Source: a virus
Lineage: Duplodnaviria; Caudoviricetes
Strand: one strand, 5' to 3'
IMG/VR virus record: IMGVR_UViG_3300043443_000061
Span: 1-37,980 of that record
Length of the DNA stretch: 37,980 bases
Positions 19,001 to 27,060 of this stretch are shown one piece after another (the stretch's first letter is position 1; every line of letters starts with the position of its first letter). The notes beneath the pieces are model-generated. The model was not told the origin of the DNA. It saw only the letters and a program-made list of their open reading frames with translations, and did not search any database. A program made the translations under genes and the position numbers.

Positions 19001-19993
19001 GCCAGCATTGAAGTATGTTGATTCAGGACGAACCTGTAAAACTTTTTGAGAACCTGCTGTAGCGACAGATTTAATTTCGCCTTTTACTGCATTTCTTCGA
19101 GAAAGATATATCGTGCTACCATTCACGCCACAAACATCAAGCCCTTCATCTTTATCGCCGTGATGACATGCCGCGTCTCTGTACCCAAGATACCCAACGT
19201 CTCTTCTTCTATAGTCATTGTCAACGTATATTGCAACTTCATCGCCAACAGCAAAACTTCCGTTGGTTACACCAGTTACGGAAACATAGCAATTTCCTGC
19301 ATTTGCCGTAGCAGATAGTGTTCCATAGGTTCTCACTTCTCCGCCATCAATATCCAAAATAGAAATCTGATAGTTTTCTGTCTGAAAATAACCGACGGTG
19401 CTTGCTGCAGTAGTTCCCGCAGGACGAGTGATTACAACGTTTCCTGTTTCTCTGCCAGTAAATCTACCGTCTCTAAGAATTAAGCCCTTGTTTAATTTTA
19501 ACGTGCCACCTGCCTTTAAATATAACCAACCACCTTCCTGTATGATGAGTTCATCACACTCAAAAGTTTCATCTGCGCCTATCTCTAGAATATATGCAGG
19601 ATTATGAACGTATGCCGCATTTGGAATAGTGTCTGTTGTATTGCTTACTGCATTATAGTCCCACGTGTAGAATGGGTCGGTTTCATCCACAGAACAACCT
19701 GTAAATGTTGTTGCTGTAGTCCCGGTGTAATTAATCTTTACAATTTCACCGCGATTAGTTACCGTATAGAAAAATCCACTTGTTGCAAAATTAGTTGTGC
19801 TTGCTACGGTAATGGTTGTTGTTCCAACCCACTTCGCGATAGCAGTCTGGTTTATAGTTGTTCTTCTACCAACGACATAAACCTGGTCAGCAGCAACAGG
19901 AACAACTCCACCAACCCAAGTTGATGTAGAAAGTGCACTTACATTTGAGTGCGCTGATGCGCTATCATTTCTGTTACTGTAAATAATAGCCAT
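16064..19993 (-). CDS. Large multidomain carbohydrate-binding / beta-helix virion protein (1309 aa)
   Basis: G8-like start (WVGGVVPVAADQVYV); ConA/LamG-like segment ~18350-18940; discoidin F5/8-C-like segment (SVTIDLK...YGSNDATNWTTL) ~17740-18050; Asn/Gly/Tyr-rich beta-helix-like segment ~16780-17350; domains assigned by eye. Confidence 0.7.
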   Translation of the reverse strand: MAIIYSNRNDSASAHSNVSALSTSTWVGGVVPVAADQVYVVGRRTTINQTAIAKWVGTTTITVASTTNFATSGFFYTVTNRGEIVKINYTGTTATTFTGCSVDETDPFYTWDYNAVSNTTDTIPNAAYVHNPAYILEIGADETFECDELIIQEGGWLYLKAGGTLKLNKGLILRDGRFTGRETGNVVITRPAGTTAASTVGYFQTENYQISILDIDGGEVRTYGTLSATANAGNCYVSVTGVTNGSFAVGDEVAIYVDNDYRRRDVGYLGYRDAACHHGDKDEGLDVCGVNGSTIYLSRRNAVKGEIKSVATAGSQKVLQVRPESTYFNAGDKVVIDNVAYTIDSVEDSEITLYDYDFTNTGTSLTDFWVNDTANSAYSGSWEIESGVGLRNLSGGYRELVHKYFWGREVVVEAEMSPLSAYDSGTRGTTAFGIITSYDPAFLLGHRGYDSFKTDYLTNDDGGQDLLFYIRAVSNYNNNRADRDATTLAISRAPAMYRVDTRKMRTTVTIGGEEFTTEYRRDGGFKGTVGIYTNLNTNFRCRSLRIKLPTQKLYITTGNSITNGSTVYESGLEHNHPSGSKIVKIASVTAGGGHTDYAFTYLGRNGSGIYPTIMQLNGTNTVSGSFPYLLNHDFNADYYYNLGESAAQRSVTIDLKVQRTFTHVSFLPRTADSSGHYGYNGVAVYGSNDATNWTTLYGPTNDTKKWYGGGGTYNKLAYYPTGTVTYRYVKFETTGDQGGLARNRYVNIGVHDFSEGYTIIVNNASDFAVGDKITVANVSGYARSATEFEGYYAITTGGGNPESYYHGGWYPECTITSKSGNKLFLDKPIFWGFIEDDSPLTVIKLNKNFSIKGTINTGSTSFNDWRWPDITLSAGTALGRIHKMKHMRTDYVGSYRYSGSTSYNRGFRNYSQDYWNCALFDGIVHMLGPDGTTWAGVGNYLAHGIFRNSVAIGMYTGYWQYGALSYAGPAYYNNKILHCLGYGFYQGATTRQFVFNYNEIATIGDYGIAISGTARTDRMIMPHFNELRYNDIKGTSYTGLYLYYEGAGPVRTSRLRIENNKIRGVDELAYVGNSFDGWPSVNSDFMAQHTGERMSRYRNEGIFAQGDTSSDLSYVGKQENFGRFGYDIVNGVYTILEKDPSRPEVTRIYNMNGDDYLWLFGIEVEVLDNVDVEIAVQFNYKIPWMGRLQDDGNLDGQVRVYSLQNGNVVTSVNGTTPASAAGWQTFNQTYTFSSLYGRIGVFVTRDAQNGYIDIKNSSATVYTDYPDKVKIVGNTFNLSSIWDQYREKRYMKRLTQGSNRAINMTRVSF
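16084..16091 (-). promoter_or_regulatory. Late promoter variant AATAAATA upstream of the 1350-aa fibre
   Basis: In the last codons of the 1309-aa gene, ~29 nt before the ATG at 16055; same octamer as before gp19. Confidence 0.55.
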
Positions 19994-20232
19994 TAAGCAT
20001 TCTCAAGGTTAGTGATTAGGGTATCTAAGAAAAAAATGTCATCGTTGTATTCTCTTAACTTGTCATCGGAATACGAACCATTTTCTTTTTCTGTTTCTAT
20101 AGAAGTTTTTAGTTCTCGCAAATCATTAACTTCGATATATGTCGAGTATGTGCAGTCAACCGTATTTCCAACATATGTATATGGCTTTGTGTTTACTATC
20201 AATCCAAGTAGCCTAATGTTATCTGGTATCAT
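19993..20232 (-). CDS. Small acidic hypothetical protein (79 aa)
   Basis: Fills the gap exactly; TAATG-coupled to the 1309-aa gene; AGAGG upstream. Confidence 0.7.
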   Translation of the reverse strand: MIPDNIRLLGLIVNTKPYTYVGNTVDCTYSTYIEVNDLRELKTSIETEKENGSYSDDKLREYNDDIFFLDTLITNLENA

Positions 20233-20234
20233 GA

Positions 20235-23200
20235 TTAATCAACCTCTACTATTAATTTTTCTACGTCTTTACGCTCTGCATACACTGTGTAATAGTAATC
20301 TACTTCTTCGTGTGAAGAGCCAATCATAATATGGTTATTGGATATTGCAATAACAGAAAGTGTCTGGAAGTGACCAACTGGCGTCAAGTTAACGGTAATG
20401 CTATTCATATCAACCAATGCTTCCCAATAATCGGGAAGTTGGATAGCAGTTGTTTGCTCCCTGCCGCGAACATACACGCCGTTTTCTGGTCCTTCAAGAG
20501 ACGCATAACGCAATTTCTTTTCAGGTTTGGTTGGGTGGGTAATTACGAATGATTTGGTTGTAGCAGCAAATGAACCATTAACCTGTAATTTGTATGTGAG
20601 CGCGCCAGACGTACCAATACCAACATTTGAGCCGTTAAAATAAACTCCGGCGTTAGCATATGGTGTCTGATTGCTGCCTGTTGCCGCAACACCAACAACG
20701 TAGTAATTTGTGCCGCCAGTTGTTGCGGTAGCGTTTAATAGAGTTGAAGGACCAGTTAATCCTTGAAGACCTTGTGTACCCTGAGTACCCTGAGAACCTG
20801 TAGCGCCCTGAGAACCTGTAGATCCTTGAAGACCCTGTAATCCTTGAGCACCTTGAGAACCTGTAGAACCTTGTGACCCTGTTGCACCCTGAGCACCTAT
20901 TCTGCCTTGTAATCCTTGTAATCCTTGTAATCCCTGAAGACCTTGTGTACCCTGAGTTCCCTGTGCGCCTTGAGAACCCTCACCGCCTGTACCTCCACCG
21001 AAACCCTGGACGCCTTGTGTACCTTGTACACCCTGAGCGCCAGTAATTCCGTTAGTCTGGATATCACCGAGTAATAGAATCTCATTAGTAGCAGAATATA
21101 CGACTGTTGCTGTTGCATTAGAGATCGCTATATTGCTGCTTATGAAAGAAGCAGAATTAACTTTCGTAACGCCAGCACCAGCAGCGATTATAACGTTACC
21201 AGTACCCTTACGGAATACGCTGGTCGCAAAACCTGGAGTCAATGCAGTAGCAAAAGTGATTGTTACGTCGCTTATTCCATTATTGACAATGATAATCTTA
21301 CCAGCAGCGTTGTCTGATACTGTAGTAGAAGATGCGACGGTCATGGTCGGCAAATCTACTGTATTACCTGTATAGATTACATTGCCTGTAAAGAAAAGCG
21401 TATTGTTAGATTTCTCAAACGTTAGAGTAGAGATGCCCTGGGCACTGCCGCCATCATTGTATAATACCTGTTTATTAGAGCCAGCGATAGGACCAGTTAG
21501 ACCCTGAGTTCCCTGTAAGCCTTGACGCCCTTGAAGACCTTGTAGTCCCTGAGTACCCTGAGAACCTGTAGCGCCCTGAGAACCTGTAGAGCCTTGAGAT
21601 CCCGTTGCGCCCTGAGAACCTGTAGAGCCTTGAGATCCCGTTGCGCCCTGAGCGCCAGTAGAACCTTGGGAACCAGTAGTTCCTTGAGCACCTATTGAAC
21701 CTTGTAGTCCCTGAGTACCTTGAGTTCCTTGAGCACCTGTAGAACCTTGAGAACCAGTAGAACCTTGAGAACCAGTAGAACCTTGAGAACCAGTAGAGCC
21801 TTGTGAACCTGTTGCGCCTTGAGCGCCTATTCTACCCTGTAATCCCTGAAGACCTTGTGTACCCTGAGTTCCCTGAGCACCTTGAGTACCCTCACCGCCT
21901 GTACCTCCAGCAAAACCTTGCAAACCTTGTGTACCCTGAGTACCTTGCGGACCCGTGATACCATTGGTCTGGATATCACCAAGTAATAGAATCTCATTAG
22001 TAGCAGAATAGACTACAGTAGCAGTTGCATTAGCAATAGCGATATTACTTGAAATAAACGATGCCGAGTTGACCTTTGAGACGCCAGCACCGGCAGCGAT
22101 TATAACATTGCCTGTACCTTTGCGGAATACTGATGTTGCGAAACCCGGAGTTAATGCAGCAGCAAAGGTGATTGTTACGTCGCTTATTCCATTATTGACA
22201 ATTATTATTTTGCCGGCAGCATTATCTGATACTGTAGTAGAAGATGTGACGGTCAACGTCGGTAAATCTACCGTGTTGCCCGTGTAGATTACATTGCCTG
22301 TAAAGAATAAAGTATTGTTAGATTTTTCGAACGTTAGAGTAGAGATGCCCTGTGCAGAGCCTCCATCGTTATACAATATTTGTTTATTGCTACCGGCAAT
22401 AGGACCAGTTAGACCCTGAGTTCCTTGAGTTCCTTGACGCCCTTGAAGACCCTGAAGACCTTGTAATCCCTGAGCGCCTTGAGAACCAGTAGAACCTTGT
22501 GACCCAGTTGTGCCCTGAGACCCAGTTGTGCCTTGAGTTCCTTGAGCGCCTTGAGAACCAGTAGAGCCTTGAGACCCTGTAGCGCCTTGGGAACCTGTAG
22601 CACCTTGTGAACCAGTTGTGCCCTGAGACCCAGTAGCACCCTGAGCACCTATTCTACCTTGTAATCCTTGTAGCCCCTGAAGACCTTGTGTGCCTTGAGT
22701 TCCCTGAGCACCTTGAGTACCCTCACCACCTGTACCTCCAGCGAAACCCTGAAGACCTTGTGTGCCTTGAGTACCTTGCGGACCCGTGATACCATTGGTC
22801 TGGATATCGCCTAAGAGCAATATCTCATTTGTCGCGCTATAAACAACTGTTGCTGTTGCATTAGAGATAGCAATATTACTTGAGATAAACGATGCTGAGT
22901 TAACTTTCGTAACGCCAGCACCAGCAGCAATTGTAACGTTACCAGTGCCTTTGCGGAATACTGATGTTGCGAAACCCGGAGTTAATGCGGTCGCAAAAGT
23001 TATGGTTACGTCCGATACGCCATTGTTAACGATTATAATCTTACCAGCGGCGTTGTCCGATACTGTCGTCGAAGACGTGACGGTCAATGTCGGTAAGTCT
23101 ACTGTATTACCTGTATAGATTACGTTGCCCGTGAAGAATAAAGTATTGTTAGATTTCTCAAACGTCAGAGTAGAGATACCTTGCGCAGAACCTCCATCAT

Positions 23201-24815
23201 TGTACAATATCTGTTTATTAGAGCCAGCGATAGGACCAGTTAGACCCTGAGTTCCTTGAGTACCTTGTCGCCCCTGAAGACCCTGAAGACCTTGTAATCC
23301 CTGAGTCCCTTGAGAACCTGTTGTACCTTGAGAACCAGTTAAACCCTGTGACCCAGTAGTTCCTTGAGAACCAGTGGTTCCTTGTAGACCTTGTAATCCC
23401 TGAAGACCTTGAGTACCTTGAGAACCAGTTAAACCCTGTGACCCAGTAGTTCCTTGAGAACCAGTGGTTCCTTGTAGACCTTGTAATCCCTGACGACCCT
23501 GTAAACCTTGTAATCCCTGAAGACCTTGTGTACCTTGAGCACCTTGAGAACCTTCACCGCCCGAAGTGCCACCATAACCCTGAAGACCTTGTGTGCCTTG
23601 AGTACCTTGCGGACCCGTGATACCATTGGTCTGGATATCGCCAAGCAATAAGATCTCATTTGTCGCGCTATAAACAACTGTTGCGGTTGCGTTAGCAATA
23701 GCGATATTACTAGAGATAAACGACGCTGAATTAACTTTTGAAACGCCAGCACCGGCAGCAATCGTTACGTTACCAGTACCCTTGCGAAATACAGAAGTTG
23801 CAAATCCAGGAGTTAATGCAGTAGCGAATGTTATGGTTACGTCTGATGCGCCGTTGTTAACGATAATAATCTTACCAGCGGCGTTGTCCGATACTGTTGT
23901 ATTTGTTGCAACAGTTAACGTTGGTAAGTCTACAGTGTTACCTGTATAGATTACGTTACCAGTAAAGAAAAGCGTATTATTAGATTTCTCGAACGTTAGA
24001 GTAGAAATACCCTGTGCAGAGCCGCCATCATTATAAAGAATTTGTTTATTACTACCAGCAATAGGACCAGTTAGACCCTGAGTTCCTTGAGTACCTTGTT
24101 GTCCCTGAAGACCTTGGTTGCCTTGTAAACCTTGTAGCCCCTGACGACCCTGTAAACCTTGTAATCCCTGAAGACCTTGTGTACCTTGAGAACCAGTTGA
24201 ACCCTGTGACCCCGTAGCACCTTGAGAACCAGTTGCGCCTTGTGACCCTATTGTTCCTTGTGAACCAGTAGTTCCTTGCGAACCTGAACCTTGTAAACCT
24301 TGAACACCTTGAGGACCAACAATAGTACCAACATCATCCCAAGTAGAACCGTTATAGATATAGAGATGTCCACTGTCCTGTACGATATAGCCATCACCAA
24401 TATTTCCGGTATAAGGGTCAGGTAAATTTGCTGCGGTAGAAACACTACCGATAATGGCAACTCCAGTACCAGTTAGTCCCTGAGTTCCTTGTAATCCTTG
24501 AGCGCCTTGAGAACCTGTAGAACCTTGAATTGAAGTGCCTTGAGCGCCTTGTGACCCAGTAGTACCTTGAGAACCTGTAGAACCTTGAATTGAAGTGCCT
24601 TGAGCGCCTTGTGACCCAGTAGTACCCTGAGAACCTTGCGCGCCATCAGAACCAATGTTTCCTGCACCTTGAGTACCTTGTGTTCCTTGTATTCCTGTTC
24701 CGCCAGAAGCTGCCCAGCCGCCAGCCTTCCAAGAATAACCGGACCATGTCCAAACTGTACCGTCGTCTGAAGTAAATGTTTGTCCCGGTGTAGGTCCGGC
24801 TGGAAAATCTGCCAT
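20235..24815 (-). CDS. Collagen-like fibre protein (1526 aa) with four tandem 145-aa modules
   Basis: N-terminal FPAGPTPGQTFT...WTWSGYSW motif typical of T4-like virion proteins; six Gly-X-Y tracts; C-terminal TKSFVITHPTK...LRYASLEGPENGVYVRG domain of a type seen at phage fibre ends. Confidence 0.88.
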   Translation of the reverse strand: MADFPAGPTPGQTFTSDDGTVWTWSGYSWKAGGWAASGGTGIQGTQGTQGAGNIGSDGAQGSQGTTGSQGAQGTSIQGSTGSQGTTGSQGAQGTSIQGSTGSQGAQGLQGTQGLTGTGVAIIGSVSTAANLPDPYTGNIGDGYIVQDSGHLYIYNGSTWDDVGTIVGPQGVQGLQGSGSQGTTGSQGTIGSQGATGSQGATGSQGSTGSQGTQGLQGLQGLQGRQGLQGLQGNQGLQGQQGTQGTQGLTGPIAGSNKQILYNDGGSAQGISTLTFEKSNNTLFFTGNVIYTGNTVDLPTLTVATNTTVSDNAAGKIIIVNNGASDVTITFATALTPGFATSVFRKGTGNVTIAAGAGVSKVNSASFISSNIAIANATATVVYSATNEILLLGDIQTNGITGPQGTQGTQGLQGYGGTSGGEGSQGAQGTQGLQGLQGLQGRQGLQGLQGTTGSQGTTGSQGLTGSQGTQGLQGLQGLQGTTGSQGTTGSQGLTGSQGTTGSQGTQGLQGLQGLQGRQGTQGTQGLTGPIAGSNKQILYNDGGSAQGISTLTFEKSNNTLFFTGNVIYTGNTVDLPTLTVTSSTTVSDNAAGKIIIVNNGVSDVTITFATALTPGFATSVFRKGTGNVTIAAGAGVTKVNSASFISSNIAISNATATVVYSATNEILLLGDIQTNGITGPQGTQGTQGLQGFAGGTGGEGTQGAQGTQGTQGLQGLQGLQGRIGAQGATGSQGTTGSQGATGSQGATGSQGSTGSQGAQGTQGTTGSQGTTGSQGSTGSQGAQGLQGLQGLQGRQGTQGTQGLTGPIAGSNKQILYNDGGSAQGISTLTFEKSNNTLFFTGNVIYTGNTVDLPTLTVTSSTTVSDNAAGKIIIVNNGISDVTITFAAALTPGFATSVFRKGTGNVIIAAGAGVSKVNSASFISSNIAIANATATVVYSATNEILLLGDIQTNGITGPQGTQGTQGLQGFAGGTGGEGTQGAQGTQGTQGLQGLQGRIGAQGATGSQGSTGSQGSTGSQGSTGSQGSTGAQGTQGTQGLQGSIGAQGTTGSQGSTGAQGATGSQGSTGSQGATGSQGSTGSQGATGSQGTQGLQGLQGRQGLQGTQGLTGPIAGSNKQVLYNDGGSAQGISTLTFEKSNNTLFFTGNVIYTGNTVDLPTMTVASSTTVSDNAAGKIIIVNNGISDVTITFATALTPGFATSVFRKGTGNVIIAAGAGVTKVNSASFISSNIAISNATATVVYSATNEILLLGDIQTNGITGAQGVQGTQGVQGFGGGTGGEGSQGAQGTQGTQGLQGLQGLQGLQGRIGAQGATGSQGSTGSQGAQGLQGLQGSTGSQGATGSQGTQGTQGLQGLTGPSTLLNATATTGGTNYYVVGVAATGSNQTPYANAGVYFNGSNVGIGTSGALTYKLQVNGSFAATTKSFVITHPTKPEKKLRYASLEGPENGVYVRGREQTTAIQLPDYWEALVDMNSITVNLTPVGHFQTLSVIAISNNHIMIGSSHEEVDYYYTVYAERKDVEKLIVEVD
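21051..21485 (-). repeat. 435-bp repeat module copy D
   Basis: AGSNKQVLYNDGGSAQGISTLTFEKSNNTLFFTGNVIYTGNTVDLP...LLLGDIQTN. Confidence 0.95.
21963..22397 (-). repeat. 435-bp repeat module copy C
   Basis: Near-identical protein to D; offset 912 bp from D. Confidence 0.95.
22794..23228 (-). repeat. 435-bp repeat module copy B
   Basis: Offset 831 bp from C. Confidence 0.95.
23625..24059 (-). repeat. 435-bp repeat module copy A
   Basis: Offset 831 bp from B. Confidence 0.95.
24505..24624. repeat. 60-bp tandem duplication in a collagen tract
   Basis: ccttgagaacctgtagaaccttgaattgaagtgccttgagcgccttgtgacccagtagta x2. Confidence 0.85.
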
Positions 24816-24844
24816 TTACAATACTCTTGCTAAAGAATCAAGAA

Positions 24845-24852
24845 TATTTAGG
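24845..24852 (-). promoter_or_regulatory. Late promoter variant CCTAAATA upstream of the 1526-aa fibre
   Basis: In a 41-bp intergenic gap, ~30 nt before the ATG. Confidence 0.65.
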
Positions 24853-24856
24853 GGCA

Positions 24857-26875
24857 TTACACATACGAATAATATGTTGGTCCACCACCGCCTCCGCCGC
24901 CAGATAAGTCGACGCTAAACGCCACACCAACTAGTTGTGAATCAGTAATTACCTTATTAGTAGAATCGTATGCTATAAGATATAATGGAATAGTATCATC
25001 GTACCAAGTAAACGAGAAAGAACCATCTCCAGTGCGCGATGTACTATCTAATTTTTCTAAGGTATCAGAACGATACATGTCAATAGTTACTGTTCCAGCG
25101 TCGCTACCGGTCACTGTCCCGGATAAAGTATATGTTATGGAATGCCATGTAACTAATTGACGAATTTGACCAACTGAAGTTAGCGAACAGTCAAATCTAA
25201 ATGTTCTAGATGTTTCTAACGATAATCTTTCTGAGTCCATGTCATTAGGATATCTCTTAAAGTCAGGACGCGCTCTACCCCAAATTACAGAAGTTCCCAT
25301 TTCGGCGTCTGATGCGTATATCGAAGTATATAAATCTCTCCAACCCGCACCTTGGGATTCTCCAGATTGTATTTCTGCTTGTAATGATATACCTAAAGAA
25401 CCGGAAGCCGTTCCTGAAGTAATTAATACAATTTCGAATCCTGTAGAAGTAATCCAATAATTTGTCTCATTAATTATTGGAATCGTATTTGGTGTGTACT
25501 GATATCTTTGCAAGAGTGTAGATGCCATGTACCCAGTGTGTATCCAACTAGTCGTATGTGCGTGAGCGCCATCACCGTCAGCATGTTTGCCACTATAATA
25601 GTTTAGATACAAAATACCAGAAGCGTTAGACCCGATATTACCCGTAGTTCCGCTTGTTGCATAGTATTCAAAAGTAAATTCGTTTAATCCTCTTGCGAGT
25701 GTTATGCCAGCCCCGCCTAATGCGCCAGAATCTACTCTTCTAGTATGAAAGACGCAACCTGCTCGTGCTGTTGCTGGATGAGTAAATGTTCTGTCTGTCT
25801 GCGCTCCAGCATTAAATATATAGGTGAGCGCGCCAGCATCAATACACGAAAATAGAACACCAGATTGCACCAATGTTATTGTTTCTGGTTCTTGAATAAA
25901 ATACGATGCTCTAAATCTAGAACGGTCTGCGGAAGTTGGTCCTCCCATAAACCCTGCTTCGTCAACGATAGGAATTTGCAAAGAATTTAAAATTGTCGTA
26001 GAAGTAGAATGGTCATATTCATATGTAACAACCAAAACGCCACCAAGACAATTAAATGGGCAACCTGTAGTGCTGGTGACGCTGGCTTCTACAGTATTTG
26101 CGCCTGCTGTACCTAAAGTGCCCAACAACTTGTCTATGCGAATAATAGACCTATCAGTGTTAAGACTTGGCGTGTTAGTAGTACCAGTAGCGTTTGAGAA
26201 TTGACCAGAAGTTAATGAGGTTGCGCCGTTATAGCGCATAGTCATTGTAGCCGATGTAGCCGCTGTTGTGCCGGTGTGACTCCAAACTTCAAAAAAAATA
26301 TCTCTATATGTCTTAGACGCTTCTGGCAAGAAAGTATCTAGTGCAGGAATCTGGCTAGCCTGTCCAACTGTAGTTAATGCAGTAGTTAATGCGCCGTTAT
26401 TGCCATCAATAGGAATTCTAACTGTCTTAATTCTTGTTGTTTCCGCGCTATCATCGTACTCATATGTAATGATAAGTTTAGCCGAATGATTGATAGTTTG
26501 CGGACCAGTAATCGCAATAGATGCGTCGCAAGTGTGCGACGTACCCGTAAAGCTGCTTTGAAAATATGAAGTTACATCTCTCCAAAACATCATAGAATAG
26601 TTTTCGCCAGAATTAACTAACGTTTGTCCACTGATCGTAGCGGAACTAGCACCAGAACCGCCTAGTGTTATACTCATGACAATTGTGCTAGCTGATGTTG
26701 CCGTATCTTCAGCATCAGGGGCAAAAAATTGTAAAATTACAGAACGAAAAGTTCTACTGGTTGTTTCTGGAATAGCAAGTGCGGCAATTTGTGTAAATGA
26801 TGTTGTTGCAGCACTTGTTCTAGTTGCAGTAGAAAAATTAAAAGCGTATTCAATCGTTTTTGTTCGTAAAGCCAT
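24857..26875 (-). CDS. Beta-rich virion protein (672 aa) with four degenerate ~145-aa domains
   Basis: Thr/Ser-rich; recurring ends LIITYEYDD / LVVTYEYDH / LYLNYYSGK; Ig-like C-terminal part and GGGGGGPTYYSYV tail. Confidence 0.75.
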   Translation of the reverse strand: MALRTKTIEYAFNFSTATRTSAATTSFTQIAALAIPETTSRTFRSVILQFFAPDAEDTATSASTIVMSITLGGSGASSATISGQTLVNSGENYSMMFWRDVTSYFQSSFTGTSHTCDASIAITGPQTINHSAKLIITYEYDDSAETTRIKTVRIPIDGNNGALTTALTTVGQASQIPALDTFLPEASKTYRDIFFEVWSHTGTTAATSATMTMRYNGATSLTSGQFSNATGTTNTPSLNTDRSIIRIDKLLGTLGTAGANTVEASVTSTTGCPFNCLGGVLVVTYEYDHSTSTTILNSLQIPIVDEAGFMGGPTSADRSRFRASYFIQEPETITLVQSGVLFSCIDAGALTYIFNAGAQTDRTFTHPATARAGCVFHTRRVDSGALGGAGITLARGLNEFTFEYYATSGTTGNIGSNASGILYLNYYSGKHADGDGAHAHTTSWIHTGYMASTLLQRYQYTPNTIPIINETNYWITSTGFEIVLITSGTASGSLGISLQAEIQSGESQGAGWRDLYTSIYASDAEMGTSVIWGRARPDFKRYPNDMDSERLSLETSRTFRFDCSLTSVGQIRQLVTWHSITYTLSGTVTGSDAGTVTIDMYRSDTLEKLDSTSRTGDGSFSFTWYDDTIPLYLIAYDSTNKVITDSQLVGVAFSVDLSGGGGGGGPTYYSYV

Positions 26876-27060
26876 TATTCAGGTTCTCCGCTACCATCAT
26901 CGCGTCTTTTCGCTCTGATTAATATTTCATTTTTTTCTTGGTGGTATTCGACTACAACTTTCCACATCTGCGTATCAAGTAGCCCTCTCCAAGCAATATG
27001 TTCATTATTAGCAATCGCTTGGTCAACAACTTCTGCTATCTTAGTTGCTAGTAATGTCAT
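26875..27060 (-). CDS. Small hypothetical protein (61 aa; start revised from 27084 to 27060)
   Basis: ATG at 27060 forms an ATGA overlap with the 1883-aa stop; its TAA forms TAATG with the 672-aa start. Confidence 0.7.
   Translation of the reverse strand: MTLLATKIAEVVDQAIANNEHIAWRGLLDTQMWKVVVEYHQEKNEILIRAKRRDDGSGEPE

Noticed and set aside
20029-20036. Slippery T-TTT-TTC in the 79-aa gene that might fuse it to the 1309-aa gene by -1 frameshift
   Set aside because: The -1 frame hits TAA (CAC TAA) before the downstream start.
20235-20560. Peptidase S74 autocleaving chaperone call for the 1526-aa C-terminus
   Set aside because: The canonical SDxRxK motif is absent; left as a fibre-end domain of uncertain function.
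13368-24059. Diversity-generating retroelement template/variable repeats
   Set aside because: All copies are in-frame coding; differences are mostly synonymous and not adenine-restricted; no reverse transcriptase in the window.
26291-26298. T8 homopolymer in the 672-aa gene as a phase-variation tract
   Set aside because: Short, in frame (I-F-F) and expected by chance in AT-rich DNA; no evidence of variation.
26929-26936. Slippery A-AAA-AAT in the 61-aa gene that might fuse it to the 672-aa gene
   Set aside because: The -1 frame reads TGA immediately after the run.
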